Source: Pseudomonas sp. UBA6562 (GTDB lineage: Bacteria; Pseudomonadota; Gammaproteobacteria; Pseudomonadales; Pseudomonadaceae). Taken from it: 64,000 bases of DNA. The translations under genes were made by a program, and so were the position numbers. Positions 63,497 to 64,000 of the stretch are shown piece by piece. The stretch is taken from the NCBI RefSeq assembly GCF_002434265.1, contig NZ_DJJS01000007.1, positions 769,327-833,326 on the forward strand. Reading direction: 5' to 3'. Position 1 is the stretch's first letter; each line of letters starts with the position of its first letter. The notes under the pieces are model-generated. The model saw only the letters and a program-made list of their open reading frames with translations, was not told the DNA's origin and did not search any database.

Positions 63497-64000
63497 ATTC
63501 GGTTTGCGAAGCCAGCCACGTGGCCAGCGCTTCGTCGTTCGGGCTGCTCGGCCAGTCGTCGTCGGCCGGTGCGCTGGTGGTGATATCCAGTCGGCTCAGC
63601 TGGACGCGGTAGACCTTCCACGCTTTGAGTGCGGCCGTTTCGGCCTCGCTGGCCATGTCCAGATCGACGGCATCTTGCAGGGTGTTGATGCGTCCCGTTG
63701 CGTACTGGTTGGCCAGCAACTGCTTGCGGTAGGCCGTGCGGCGCGCCGCCTCAGCAATGGCCGCCTCGTCCGGCACCCACTTGTCTTCCTGCCAGGTGTC
63801 GAACGCCGTTTCCGGCGCCTGGGCGGTGTAGCCGTCCGGCAGATCGCCCAGTTCTTGCCACCGCTGCGGCTCGCCGGTTTTGGTGCTGTACACCAAAGCG
63901 CCGCGATGGTCGGCCACAAGCTGCCAGGCCTTGCCATCCTCGACCGCGACCGCTACGAAGCCTTCCACTACTTCCGGCGGCTCCAGTTGGCAGCTATGCG
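63495..64000 (-). CDS. Tail fibre assembly (chaperone) protein, P2 gpG-like; 5' end probably outside window
   Basis: Sequence ..DGKAWQLVADHRGALVYSTKTGEP..GDLPDGYTAQAP...LSRLDITTSAPADDDWPSSP is typical of gpG-like chaperones. The frame stays open to the window edge. Confidence 0.75.
   Translation of the reverse strand, partial: HSCQLEPPEVVEGFVAVAVEDGKAWQLVADHRGALVYSTKTGEPQRWQELGDLPDGYTAQAPETAFDTWQEDKWVPDEAAIAEAARRTAYRKQLLANQYATGRINTLQDAVDLDMASEAETAALKAWKVYRVQLSRLDITTSAPADDDWPSSPNDEALATWLASQTE

Overview
High-GC, Pseudomonas-like chromosomal segment. The organism is inferred from gene content, REP-type repeats and codon bias; no database search was possible, so all product calls rest on motif recognition by eye.

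Three compartments:

(1) 1-44.9 kb, core-type genes. These include transporters, LysR and MocR regulators, a stand-alone PBP2 (mrdA-like), an orphan XdhC, and an HWE histidine kinase and a GAF protein with an array of tiny hydrophilic proteins interspersed around the GAF gene and downstream. Also here are two chemoreceptors, a divergent orphan tRNA(GTT) followed by a 771-aa unknown protein, and an AhpD/AzoR/GNAT cluster. At 20.0-33.7 kb lies a complete N-methylglutamate (methylamine) utilisation cluster: amt, mgsCBA, gmaS, an XRE-cupin regulator, purU, folD and sarcosine-oxidase-like mgdABCD. It has a good sigma54 promoter and a repeated 24-bp box.

(2) 44.9-54.6 kb, a visibly AT-richer, decayed mosaic island. 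It starts at an SOS-box-controlled umuDC. It contains a GGDEF protein, an esterase, GNAT, an IS66 relic, an integrase 3' fragment, a tail-fibre-like fragment and a relic copy of an Rz spanin 3' end.

(3) 54.6-64.0 kb, a P2/R-pyocin-type contractile tail module on the minus strand. Order: tail fibre assembly, sheath, tube, gpE/E', tape measure, gpU, gpX, gpD, then endolysin and Rz/Rz1.

Most unusual observations:
- Two paralogous modules, each a single-domain response regulator plus a 60-70-aa helical protein, each sitting directly 3' of an Rz gene or Rz relic. One regulator carries a FAT-GUY-like PFILTTGY motif.
- A tape measure protein with a proline-rich 102-nt tandem-repeat block and a poly-Pro/Arg tract.
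- A gpE' extension lying in the +1/-2 frame rather than the canonical -1 frame.
- The orphan non-canonical tRNA(GTT).

Many long ORFs in the six-frame track are antisense shadow ORFs typical of high-GC DNA and were not called.
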